Notes under the pieces: model-generated
The model's database searches: none
The model's input: the letters and a program-made list of their open reading frames with translations, nothing else
Told to the model about the DNA's origin: nothing
Sequence record: SRR31156797_5219
DNA: 64,000 nucleotides
Strand: one strand, 5' to 3'
Shown: one piece after another, positions 48,181 to 56,977 of the stretch
Position numbering within the stretch: position 1 is the first letter of the stretch
Layout of the letters: every line of letters starts with the position of its first letter
Made by a program: the position numbers and the translations under genes

Positions 48181-49251
48181 TTACCAACCTCTGCTTATCC
48201 TTCGTGTGATCTCGGCAGCTATCTTATCGCTAGGCAGTGTCATATCCGCACACCCCATTTCGACAACCTCTCTTGGCATCCCGTAAACTATAGCGGTCTC
48301 CTCAGACTCAGCTATAGTAAATCCGCCACCCCTTTTGATACCGCACATAGCCTCTGCACCATCATTACCCATTCCGGTCATAATTACACCTAGGGTATGA
48401 TTGGCAAAAACCTTATGCACCGACTCCATCATAATATCCACACTAGGGATAAAAGAGTGATCAGGAGTCTTACCTAGTCGAATTGTTGTTATGCCTGAGT
48501 GCTTTTTATAAAAGGTCATGTGCGACCCAGCTTTACCTACATAACAAACACCGGGAGTGACAATGTCACCCGCAGCAGCCTCTTTCACATATATTCTCGA
48601 AGCCTTGTTAAGCCTTTCAGCGAAGGACTCCGTAAAGCCCACAGGCATATGCTGAACAAGGAATATAGCCGCATTAATATCCGCCGGAATCCTAGGTATC
48701 ACGTCGAAGATAGTTTTAGGTCCGCCAGTGGAAATACCCATGCAAACCGCTTTGAAGGCTGAACTGTCAACAGGAGCGAGCTCCACTTCATCAACATATT
48801 CATCCTCACCAATCTCTTCAACTTCGATACGTCTGGCAAGCCTCTTAAGCCCCACTCCTGCGGCAGCCTTAATCTTGCGCACTAATTCCTTACGGACAAT
48901 CTCAATATCTCTGGAAACAGTTCCGCTCGGCTTCGCTACGAAGTCGAATGCGCCTATCTCCATCGCCTCGAAAGTTGTCATTGTCCCCTCTTGCGTCAGC
49001 GAGCTGAGCATGATAACAGGACAAATCTCTTGCTCTATGATGACCCTAAGTGCTGTGATACCGTCCATAACCGGCATGTTTACATCCAGAGTTATAACAT
49101 CAGGCTTAAGGTCCATCGCTTTGTTTATGCCATCCTCTCCGTTTCTGGCAGTCCCAACGACCTCTATCCCAAAAGCTGAGTCAAGCATCTCTGTTACTTT
49201 TTTCCGCATCAAAGCGGAGTCATCGACTATGAGAACTTTTATCTTTTTCAT
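48181..49251 (-). CDS. cheB: Chemotaxis methylesterase CheB
   Basis: REC domain plus GISTGGP, VQHMP, MTGMGNDGA. Confidence 0.95.
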   Translation of the reverse strand: MKKIKVLIVDDSALMRKKVTEMLDSAFGIEVVGTARNGEDGINKAMDLKPDVITLDVNMPVMDGITALRVIIEQEICPVIMLSSLTQEGTMTTFEAMEIGAFDFVAKPSGTVSRDIEIVRKELVRKIKAAAGVGLKRLARRIEVEEIGEDEYVDEVELAPVDSSAFKAVCMGISTGGPKTIFDVIPRIPADINAAIFLVQHMPVGFTESFAERLNKASRIYVKEAAAGDIVTPGVCYVGKAGSHMTFYKKHSGITTIRLGKTPDHSFIPSVDIMMESVHKVFANHTLGVIMTGMGNDGAEAMCGIKRGGGFTIAESEETAIVYGMPREVVEMGCADMTLPSDKIAAEITRRISRGW

Positions 49252-50756
49252 TCTTCCTGTATATTCTCCAGTTTCTTGATTTCGGCTTTAGAGAAAAGCT
49301 CTTCAACATCAAGAAGAAGTATCATTTTCTCATTGTCTTCAAAATTGACAACACCGTCAATAAACTCTGAATTCACCGCTGCACTTAAAACAGGAGGAAC
49401 TGTGTCTATGTCTTTCTCTCTGATCCTGAGAACCTCGTCCACCCAGTCGACCACAAAGCCAACCTTCATATTTCTAAGGTTAACTATGATCACACGGGTA
49501 AATTCATCTCTCTCTTTCGCCACCAGCTCAAATCTTGAACGGAGGTCAATGAGCGGAATCACCTCACCACGAAGGTTAATGATCCCCTCGACAAATTTAG
49601 GGGTTTTAGGAATTTTGGTAACATTTGTATATCTATTAATTTCCTGCACCTTCTGGATATAGATTCCGTAATCTTCGTCTTCTATCTTAAAGGTGACTAT
49701 CTGCTTCTCTTCTTCGCCTGCATTTTCAATACTATTATCCATATGCATACTCTCCGTGGTTTGCTCAGCTACACGCTTAAGAGCCTCGAGCTCTGCCTCG
49801 TCAACAAGGTTCTGCGGCTCCAAAACCATTACAAGCCTTCTGCCCTCTTCAAGCTTTAAAACGGCGGAAACTTCTGAACCTTCCTGATCTTCATAAACCT
49901 TCGGCGGAAGCTCAATAAATGACTCTTCCACACTAAGAACAGCGTTAACCTTATCAGCGGCAAAAGCGACAAGCACATTCCCTACATCAACAATAACAAC
50001 CCTTGTGGTCTCTGCATCAGCCTCTAGGGTTACACCGAATTTACTGTGCAGTGACAGAAGCGGGATAACCTTACCTCTGAGTGAAAATATCCCAAGCACA
50101 TAATCGGGAAGCCCCGGAACACCTGTAACCTCAGGCATCCATATGATCTCATTGATCTTATGTATCTCAATGGCGTATTCCTGCTCAAGTACGTTAAAGC
50201 TGATAAAACGTCTCTCGTTGATAGCGTTCGCATGAGCCTCTTCCAGCTTCTCTTTCTTAGCAAGGGTGCTATTCTTCTCAATCTGTTTGCTCGCCGCTTC
50301 GATGTCTATCACTTCATCACTGTTCATCACCTGAATGATCGTAACATCTTCGCCGGAGCCAACTTTTATAATACCGGAGATAAACTTCTTATCCACGCTG
50401 GCGTTAAGTATCTCTGGAAAGCTATCTAGCTCGTGGAGCTCAGTGGATTTGACCTCATTAACAGACTCAACAATAAGCCCGGTGAGAATACCCTTTTTAT
50501 CCACAACGATAACTCTTGTATCTTCTTCGTGTGCGCACTCACACCCGTAACCAAGCCTCATCGATAAATCGATCAGAGGCAGAACCTCACCACGGAGGTT
50601 TGTCATCCCAAGGACATAGTCCGGCATCTTAGGCACACGAGTAATCTTCGGCACACGGATTATCTGGCGTACATCGTCGATACCTATGCCGTAGGTCTCT
50701 TCGCCAACACGGAAAGAGACATATATATTTTCAGTCGTCATTTCATTTTCTGACAT
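49248..50756 (-). CDS. cheW: Triple-domain CheW
   Basis: Three repeats: NLRGEVLPLIDL, SLRGKVIPLLSL, NLRGEVIPLIDL. Confidence 0.93.
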   Translation of the reverse strand: MSENEMTTENIYVSFRVGEETYGIGIDDVRQIIRVPKITRVPKMPDYVLGMTNLRGEVLPLIDLSMRLGYGCECAHEEDTRVIVVDKKGILTGLIVESVNEVKSTELHELDSFPEILNASVDKKFISGIIKVGSGEDVTIIQVMNSDEVIDIEAASKQIEKNSTLAKKEKLEEAHANAINERRFISFNVLEQEYAIEIHKINEIIWMPEVTGVPGLPDYVLGIFSLRGKVIPLLSLHSKFGVTLEADAETTRVVIVDVGNVLVAFAADKVNAVLSVEESFIELPPKVYEDQEGSEVSAVLKLEEGRRLVMVLEPQNLVDEAELEALKRVAEQTTESMHMDNSIENAGEEEKQIVTFKIEDEDYGIYIQKVQEINRYTNVTKIPKTPKFVEGIINLRGEVIPLIDLRSRFELVAKERDEFTRVIIVNLRNMKVGFVVDWVDEVLRIREKDIDTVPPVLSAAVNSEFIDGVVNFEDNEKMILLLDVEELFSKAEIKKLENIQEE

Positions 50757-50792
50757 AAAATCCTCCCTATACTTTTAATCTCGGAAGAATTA

Positions 50793-53036
50793 TTAAAATA
50801 CCTGCATTTCATCAGCAAGCGATGCAACCTCTTCGGAAGCGGACGCTATCTCGTGAAGACCTTTTATCTGCTCATCCGCAGCACCCTTCGCATCCTCAGA
50901 AAGTGCCTTAAGGTTTTCAGCAGCCTCCAGACCTTGTGTGCAAGCGACTCTAACCTGCTCAACCTTTTCCGCACCTGATTCAACATAATCAGCGCACTCT
51001 TCACGAAGAACAACAAGGTGCTTACGAATAGCAACAACACTCACAAGGTTTTCCACAGCAGACTGGGATTTTTCGATCTGTACTCTAATAAGTGCAGTTA
51101 TCTCAGAAAGCTCTGACTGAAAGTTTGTAACCCTCTCGTACATCTCGTCGAGAATATCTTTCATCTTATCAGCATTATCAGCGGATTCGTTCGCAAGAGC
51201 ACGTATATCAGCGGCAACAACTGAGAAGCCACGTCCGTACTCACCAGAGCGGGCAGCTTCGATGTTACCGTTAACAGCGAGCATATTTGTCTGGATAGCA
51301 ACATTAGTGATTGTATCTACGATCTTTCTGATATTACCGAACGACTTATTAAGTATCGTAACTTCTTCGTGAACTTCACGCAGGTTATTGATAGAACCTA
51401 CAAAACCTTTAACAACAAGCTCGATACCGTGTCTGAAATCTCTGAAATGCCCTTTGAACTGCTCAACGGATGGCTTAACTTTCTCAGAGTAAACCTCACG
51501 GGCATTCTGCATCTTACCCTCTTTCATCATCTCAACTATCTCAGCGGCGCCGAGATGGACATGATTATGAGGTTCTCTGATCATATCAAAGGCTTTCTCT
51601 TCTGAACCGCCAGGCTCAGGCTTATATGTCTGGTACCAAGCACCAAAAGCACACTTTGTCGGGTCGAGCTGACCTTTAAATTCTTTATTGTTATTCATAG
51701 AATCTTCTAGCTGGTTGATGAAAACAATATGGTCGAGAGCTTTGATCTCTTCCAGTGCGTCATCAACATGTTTGCCGAGATTCATTATAAGATCCCAGCT
51801 TTCACGTGATTCATTTATGAACCCGGAAATAGTATCAAACTCTTTTGTGATACCGCTGATCTCTTCGAAAATTTCTGTAGTTCCCATATCCATCTGATCG
51901 ATCGCTTTGAGCACTTCGTCACCGGAAGCATTAAGCTCTTCGATAGTGCTTGATAGCTCCTCCGCTGCTGCTGCCACCTCTTCTGATGACTTAGCTATAT
52001 CTGTGGAATGTTTAAGTTCGTCTGACATCTCGGCTAGTTCCTGTGCAGCAATAGTAAGTTCGCTGAAAGCTTTAGACTGCTCCGCTGTAAACTTACCAAC
52101 TTCCTCAGAAGCCGCTGCATTCTGCTCCGCCGATGATGCAAGCCTGCTAACCAGATCCATAGACTTGCTCGATTCTTCGCTGATCTCCTGAGCACCCTCT
52201 TTAACCTTATCAACCTCAACGCCAATCTCGTTTGTATGATTACGAACAGCGGAACACTGCTTGCTTATGAAATCAGCCTTAAAAAGGTTTGTTCTGGAGA
52301 GATCGAGGAAACCATCAACCCTGCCGACAACAAGTGTCACCTGCTCAAGTGATGAATCTATAACTGATTTGATATTTTTTGCGGATTTCTCTGAAACCTC
52401 AGCCAGAGTTCTAACCTCGTCAGCAACAACAGCAAATCCTTTACCGTGTTCGCCCGCTCTAGCCGCCTCTATGGCAGCATTGAGTGCGAGGAGGTTTGTC
52501 TGGTCTGCAATCTTTGTAACAACCTGAACGATCTGCCCTATGGAATCAGCCTTCTCTTTCAGCTCATCGACAAGCTGGGTAGATTCCTCAACCTTGTCAG
52601 TTGTAGACTGGACAGATTCCTTAAGCTCATTCGCCGCTGTTACTGTCGCACCAACTTTACTGATAAGCTCAGATGTGGATTTTTCATACTCTATGGATGT
52701 TTTAAGTACACTGTTAGAATCACCCTCAAGGGCTATAGTGTCATTCTTGATACCTTCTGCACTTGCGCTAGCCTGACTGGAAGCGGTTGAGACCTCATCC
52801 ATAGAACTGTTCAACTGATCGGAAGCGCTGGATGCCTGCTCGATAGCTGATGCCATCTCTTCAGATGCGGTTGCCAGCCTCTCAGCGTTTGTCTGCTGTT
52901 TGGCAAGGGTTCTGGCTCTCGCCTTTTCTACCGCCTGTCTCTTTGAGTCTTCACGTCTCTTTAAAAGGTCTTCGCCGTCTTTCTTAACTATCCCTGTCTT
53001 CCCTTCCAGACTGGATGGTTTTGCCAGCTTTTTCAT
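50793..53036 (-). CDS. Soluble double-signalling-domain chemoreceptor (DosM-like) with inserted CZB domain
   Basis: No TM; two tips ([54 protein letters not shown]); HIVF...CAFGAWY...HNHVH between them. Confidence 0.9.
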   Translation of the reverse strand: MKKLAKPSSLEGKTGIVKKDGEDLLKRREDSKRQAVEKARARTLAKQQTNAERLATASEEMASAIEQASSASDQLNSSMDEVSTASSQASASAEGIKNDTIALEGDSNSVLKTSIEYEKSTSELISKVGATVTAANELKESVQSTTDKVEESTQLVDELKEKADSIGQIVQVVTKIADQTNLLALNAAIEAARAGEHGKGFAVVADEVRTLAEVSEKSAKNIKSVIDSSLEQVTLVVGRVDGFLDLSRTNLFKADFISKQCSAVRNHTNEIGVEVDKVKEGAQEISEESSKSMDLVSRLASSAEQNAAASEEVGKFTAEQSKAFSELTIAAQELAEMSDELKHSTDIAKSSEEVAAAAEELSSTIEELNASGDEVLKAIDQMDMGTTEIFEEISGITKEFDTISGFINESRESWDLIMNLGKHVDDALEEIKALDHIVFINQLEDSMNNNKEFKGQLDPTKCAFGAWYQTYKPEPGGSEEKAFDMIREPHNHVHLGAAEIVEMMKEGKMQNAREVYSEKVKPSVEQFKGHFRDFRHGIELVVKGFVGSINNLREVHEEVTILNKSFGNIRKIVDTITNVAIQTNMLAVNGNIEAARSGEYGRGFSVVAADIRALANESADNADKMKDILDEMYERVTNFQSELSEITALIRVQIEKSQSAVENLVSVVAIRKHLVVLREECADYVESGAEKVEQVRVACTQGLEAAENLKALSEDAKGAADEQIKGLHEIASASEEVASLADEMQVF

Positions 53037-53057
53037 CCTTTACCTCCGTAAAATCTA

Positions 53058-54554
53058 CTAGTAAATTTTTATATCTTTAATTTTATCTCTATTAACCTCA
53101 ACACTCAGCGTAAAGTCATGCTCATTCCCCGTATTAACATCTTTCAGGCGAACACTCACAATTCCGCTGACATCTATTTCAAAACCTATATCGATAAGGT
53201 TTTCGTCTACATCTTTATCGAGCTGAAAATCAAATTTGCCCAGGCTCACAAAAAAGTCAGGTTCATCCGCCGGACTGTCTGAAACATTCAGCACGCTTCT
53301 AGCCATATCCTGTAAAACGTGTATAGTCACACTCTCAAGCTCACTGCTAGCAGTAGTAAACCTTGTGGAAAACTGTACAGGGTAGGGTTCGTTCTTCTTC
53401 ATGATAACTTCGAAATTACCATTATCATCTTCGATGCCCATATTATGACTGGTGACGTCAAAAAACTTCTTATCAGTGATAAGCCCTGTCTGCATAGCTG
53501 CATTCACAGCCGCACCGCAGACGACAGCCTCCTCAGGGTTTAAATCTTTGCTCAGGTTATGCTCGAACATCTCCGTAACAAGAGACTTAACATTGCAAAT
53601 CCTGCTCGCACCGCCAACAGGCAAAACCCTGCTGATATCCTCAGCTTTTATACCGTTCACCTCGAGGGTTTCCTCTACAATCTTCTTTATCTTATCTGTA
53701 ATAGGCTCTGTTATCTTTGCGAAAAGTTCTCTGTCAAGCTCCTGCTTAAAGTGCAGGGGGCCTTTCGGGGTGACGGTTATGTATGGAACCACTAGATTTG
53801 TTTCATTAAGGGACGAAAGCTCCATCTTCGCCTTTTCCGCCTGAAAGAGAAGCTGCTGGAAAGCGATCGGATCGCTTCTAAGGTCGAGCTCGTGCTGTTT
53901 TGCAAATTCAGCGTTGAAGTAGTCTGCAAGGGCAACATCAAAGTCGAAACCGCCTATCTGCGTCGATCCCCCTGTCGCAACAACCTTCAGGCAGTCGTCC
54001 TGAAGCTCAATAATGCTTATATCAAGAGTCCCGCCGCCAAGGTCAAACACAAGGCAGAGCTCGTTCTCTTTTTTACCGATATTGTTATAGTAAAGTGCCG
54101 CAGCAGTAGGTTCATTCAGAAGTGAGAGCACATCAAATCCGGCGGTTTCAGCCGCAGACCTCACAGCCTCACGCTGAAGATGATCAAAATATGCAGGCAC
54201 GGTTATAACCGCCTCGGCAGTTCTCTCGCCTGTATAGTCGGTAAAAAGACTTTTCAGTTTTTTAAAGAACAGGGTTGCGAGTTCCTGCGGCGTATACTCT
54301 TTGCCGTACAGAGTGAACACCTTATCTGTACCCATATATCTCTTAACGTTTGAAATTGTATTTTCAGATTCGAGAAGCTGCATACTTCTGGCGTTATCAC
54401 CTGTCACAGCCTCATTGCCATTTTTAAAATAGACCACAGACGGGAGGAAACGCTTACCGCTGTCAGAGGATATCACCTCCAGCCCTGCGCCCTCTTTATA
54501 GACTGCTATCATAGAGTTTGTCGTTCCGAAATCTATGCCAACAGGATATTTCAT
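53058..54554 (-). CDS. Hsp70-family protein (498 aa, no alpha-helical lid)
   Basis: GIDFGTTNS, AVITVPAYF, NEPTAAA, DLGGGTLD, VGGASRI, NPEEAV; divergent, truncated substrate-binding domain. Confidence 0.9.
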   Translation of the reverse strand: MKYPVGIDFGTTNSMIAVYKEGAGLEVISSDSGKRFLPSVVYFKNGNEAVTGDNARSMQLLESENTISNVKRYMGTDKVFTLYGKEYTPQELATLFFKKLKSLFTDYTGERTAEAVITVPAYFDHLQREAVRSAAETAGFDVLSLLNEPTAAALYYNNIGKKENELCLVFDLGGGTLDISIIELQDDCLKVVATGGSTQIGGFDFDVALADYFNAEFAKQHELDLRSDPIAFQQLLFQAEKAKMELSSLNETNLVVPYITVTPKGPLHFKQELDRELFAKITEPITDKIKKIVEETLEVNGIKAEDISRVLPVGGASRICNVKSLVTEMFEHNLSKDLNPEEAVVCGAAVNAAMQTGLITDKKFFDVTSHNMGIEDDNGNFEVIMKKNEPYPVQFSTRFTTASSELESVTIHVLQDMARSVLNVSDSPADEPDFFVSLGKFDFQLDKDVDENLIDIGFEIDVSGIVSVRLKDVNTGNEHDFTLSVEVNRDKIKDIKIY

Positions 54555-55318
54555 CTGGTTTTCTCCTCTACAAAATCAGCAAGCATGTTGTAATCCATAC
54601 AGCCCCTGCTCTTCGGAGCAAAAATATTGATAGGAACACGATACTCAGGAGCTTCCGCAACCTTGATATCGTTACGAACCCTTGGCGAAACCATCTCTTC
54701 GCCAAAATTTTCCTGAATCTCTTTCATCACACGCTTAGAGTGGTTGCTTCTTATATTATACTGATTTGGGATGATGCCCGCCATTCTAACATCAGGATTA
54801 AAAGTAGCATTAATCCTGTATATGCTCTGAGTGAGCTGAGCAAGCCCTTCAATAGCCAGAAAATTCAGCAGGATAGGTATCATCACATGGGTAGCCGCCA
54901 CCAGTGCATTCAGAGTTAGAACAGCAACAGTAGGCGGGGTGTCTATCAGTATGTAATCGTAATCATTTTTGAATTCCATAAGCACTTTAGAAAGCTGTCC
55001 TTCAGGCTTTTCACCATCGAGAAGCTGTTTAAGCAAAGACATGGAAAAGTTTGTCGCAGCAGGTAAAACATCATAAAGCTTGTGCTCAGCGTGATAAAGG
55101 CAATCCGCACCTTTACATTTACCGAGCAGAGAGTCATAAACAGAGAGATAGGTGTCGTAAGTATTAACACCGGACCAGAAAGAGAGATGCGCCTGTGGGT
55201 CAAGGTCTACAGTGAGAACCTTATATCCACGCTCTCCAAGCACTCCTGCAGTATTAACCACTGAAGAAGTTTTGCCGCTCCCGCCTTTTTTGTTTGCAAA
55301 AGTAATAATTGATCCCAT
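54551..55318 (-). CDS. ParA/Soj-family ATPase (orphan)
   Basis: KGGSGKT deviant Walker A, DLDPQ, IDTPP; no parB nearby. Confidence 0.92.
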   Translation of the reverse strand: MGSIITFANKKGGSGKTSSVVNTAGVLGERGYKVLTVDLDPQAHLSFWSGVNTYDTYLSVYDSLLGKCKGADCLYHAEHKLYDVLPAATNFSMSLLKQLLDGEKPEGQLSKVLMEFKNDYDYILIDTPPTVAVLTLNALVAATHVMIPILLNFLAIEGLAQLTQSIYRINATFNPDVRMAGIIPNQYNIRSNHSKRVMKEIQENFGEEMVSPRVRNDIKVAEAPEYRVPINIFAPKSRGCMDYNMLADFVEEKTR

Positions 55319-55474
55319 AAATAACCACGATTCCCGCTTGAAGTTTTTTACCCACTAATCTATATAGTACCTTTATTATTCATGTTTTTCATCTATAATT
55401 TACACCAATGATGCATTATATACAACAATTTACAGCTTTTAATGATATAATACCCGAATCTGAATAAAAGCAAG

Positions 55475-56032
55475 ATGAGGTTAAATATGCTTAAGGTTTT
55501 ATTCCTGGACAGAGACGGGATCATCAATGTTGATAAAGGTTATCTTTACAAACAGGAAGACGTGGAATTTGTCGACGGGATAATTGAACTGCTCACCCTT
55601 GCAAAAAAGTGCGGATATAAGCTCATCGTTGTGACGAATCAGGCGGGGATAGCCAGAGGACTATACAGCCATGACGATGTCAAAAAACTTCACTTATTCA
55701 TGTCCGGAGAGCTATCTGAGAAGGGTATAGATATCCTTGATTTCTTCTACTGCCCTCATCACCCTGAGTTCACAGGGGAGTGCGAATGCAGAAAGCCTCA
55801 GCCGGGGATGCTTTTTCAGGCTATTGAAAAATATGACATCGATCTCACAAATTCTATTATGATAGGGGATAAACGTTCAGATGTTCAGTCGGGTAGGAAT
55901 GCCGGAGTCGATAAATGTATTCTGCTTTCCAGTAAATACGCCAGCAATCCTGTGCCGGAAGCTGATCTGTTTGCTAAAGACCTGCTTGAAGTTAAAGAAT
56001 TCCTCAAAGGATATTGCGAAGCCTCGTCTTAG
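55475..56032 (+). CDS. gmhB: D-glycero-D-manno-heptose 1,7-bisphosphate phosphatase
   Basis: FLDRDGIIN, TNQAGIARG, CPHHP, CECRKP, IGDKRSD. Confidence 0.92.
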   Translation: MRLNMLKVLFLDRDGIINVDKGYLYKQEDVEFVDGIIELLTLAKKCGYKLIVVTNQAGIARGLYSHDDVKKLHLFMSGELSEKGIDILDFFYCPHHPEFTGECECRKPQPGMLFQAIEKYDIDLTNSIMIGDKRSDVQSGRNAGVDKCILLSSKYASNPVPEADLFAKDLLEVKEFLKGYCEASS

Positions 56033-56963
56033 CCTCTACAACCTTATTACGTCCAGTCTGCTTACCTTCGTAAAGAGCATCATCAGCTTTCTTAATACTT
56101 TTCTCTATGCCGAGCTCTTTCTCATATATAGCAACACCGAATGTCATAGTCACCTTAAAGCTGTGCTCACCAAACTCCATCTTTTCACTTTCGATAGTTG
56201 AGCGAAGTTTTTCAGCTACACTTGATGCCGGCTCCATGCCTGTTTCAGGGAGGATAATGAGAAACTCTTCACCGCCCCACCTCGCAACGATATCCTGATG
56301 CCTTATGCTTAGCTGGATAATCTCTGCGACTCTTTTAAGGACATAGTCCCCTGTATCATGACCGTATGTATCGTTAACATTTTTAAAGAAATCGATATCG
56401 CACATTATGAGAGAAAAATTACTCCCGTTACGGTGACTTCTGGATGCTTCTTTCCCCATAAGGTTGGTAATATTTCTTCTGTTGGCAATACCTGTAAGTG
56501 TATCTGTCAGGGCGAGATGCTCGATCTTATCGTAAGCCTCGATCAGCTCATTATTTTTCTCTTCAAGGAGGTCACGTGCATGTTTAAGCTCCATATGAGT
56601 ATTTATCCTGACAAGAAGCTCTGCTTCATTAAAAGGCTTAGTCACATAGTCCACACCGCCGACATTAAAGCCTTTGACTATATCTTCAGGTTCGCTTTTA
56701 GCTGTGATAAATATGACCGGCACATCTTCGGTCTCATCACAGGCAGCTAGCTTTTCGCAAACCTCAAACCCGTTCATACCGGGCATCATAACGTCCAGCA
56801 GGATCATATCCGGAATGATTTTCTTTGTATATTCAAGCGCCTCTTCACCACTCATGGCAAATGCAAGACTGTAGTCCGTATTCTCTTTTAAAACATTTCC
56901 AAGCACTTTAAGGTTCTGGGAGTTATCATCAACAACCAAAACATGCATTTTATTACTCTTCAT
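56004..56963 (-). CDS. Response-regulator diguanylate cyclase
   Basis: REC domain plus DIDFFK.VNDTYGH, RWGGEEF. Confidence 0.94.
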   Translation of the reverse strand: MKSNKMHVLVVDDNSQNLKVLGNVLKENTDYSLAFAMSGEEALEYTKKIIPDMILLDVMMPGMNGFEVCEKLAACDETEDVPVIFITAKSEPEDIVKGFNVGGVDYVTKPFNEAELLVRINTHMELKHARDLLEEKNNELIEAYDKIEHLALTDTLTGIANRRNITNLMGKEASRSHRNGSNFSLIMCDIDFFKNVNDTYGHDTGDYVLKRVAEIIQLSIRHQDIVARWGGEEFLIILPETGMEPASSVAEKLRSTIESEKMEFGEHSFKVTMTFGVAIYEKELGIEKSIKKADDALYEGKQTGRNKVVEAKTRLRNIL

Positions 56964-56977
56964 TTTACTACCGACCT

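Noticed and set aside
53058-54554. Calling the Hsp70 the housekeeping dnaK
   Set aside because: Too short, lidless, divergent substrate domain and no grpE/dnaJ/hrcA context.
55395-55440. AATTTACA direct repeat between parA and gmhB
   Set aside because: Short AT-rich match, plausible by chance; no regulator can be assigned.
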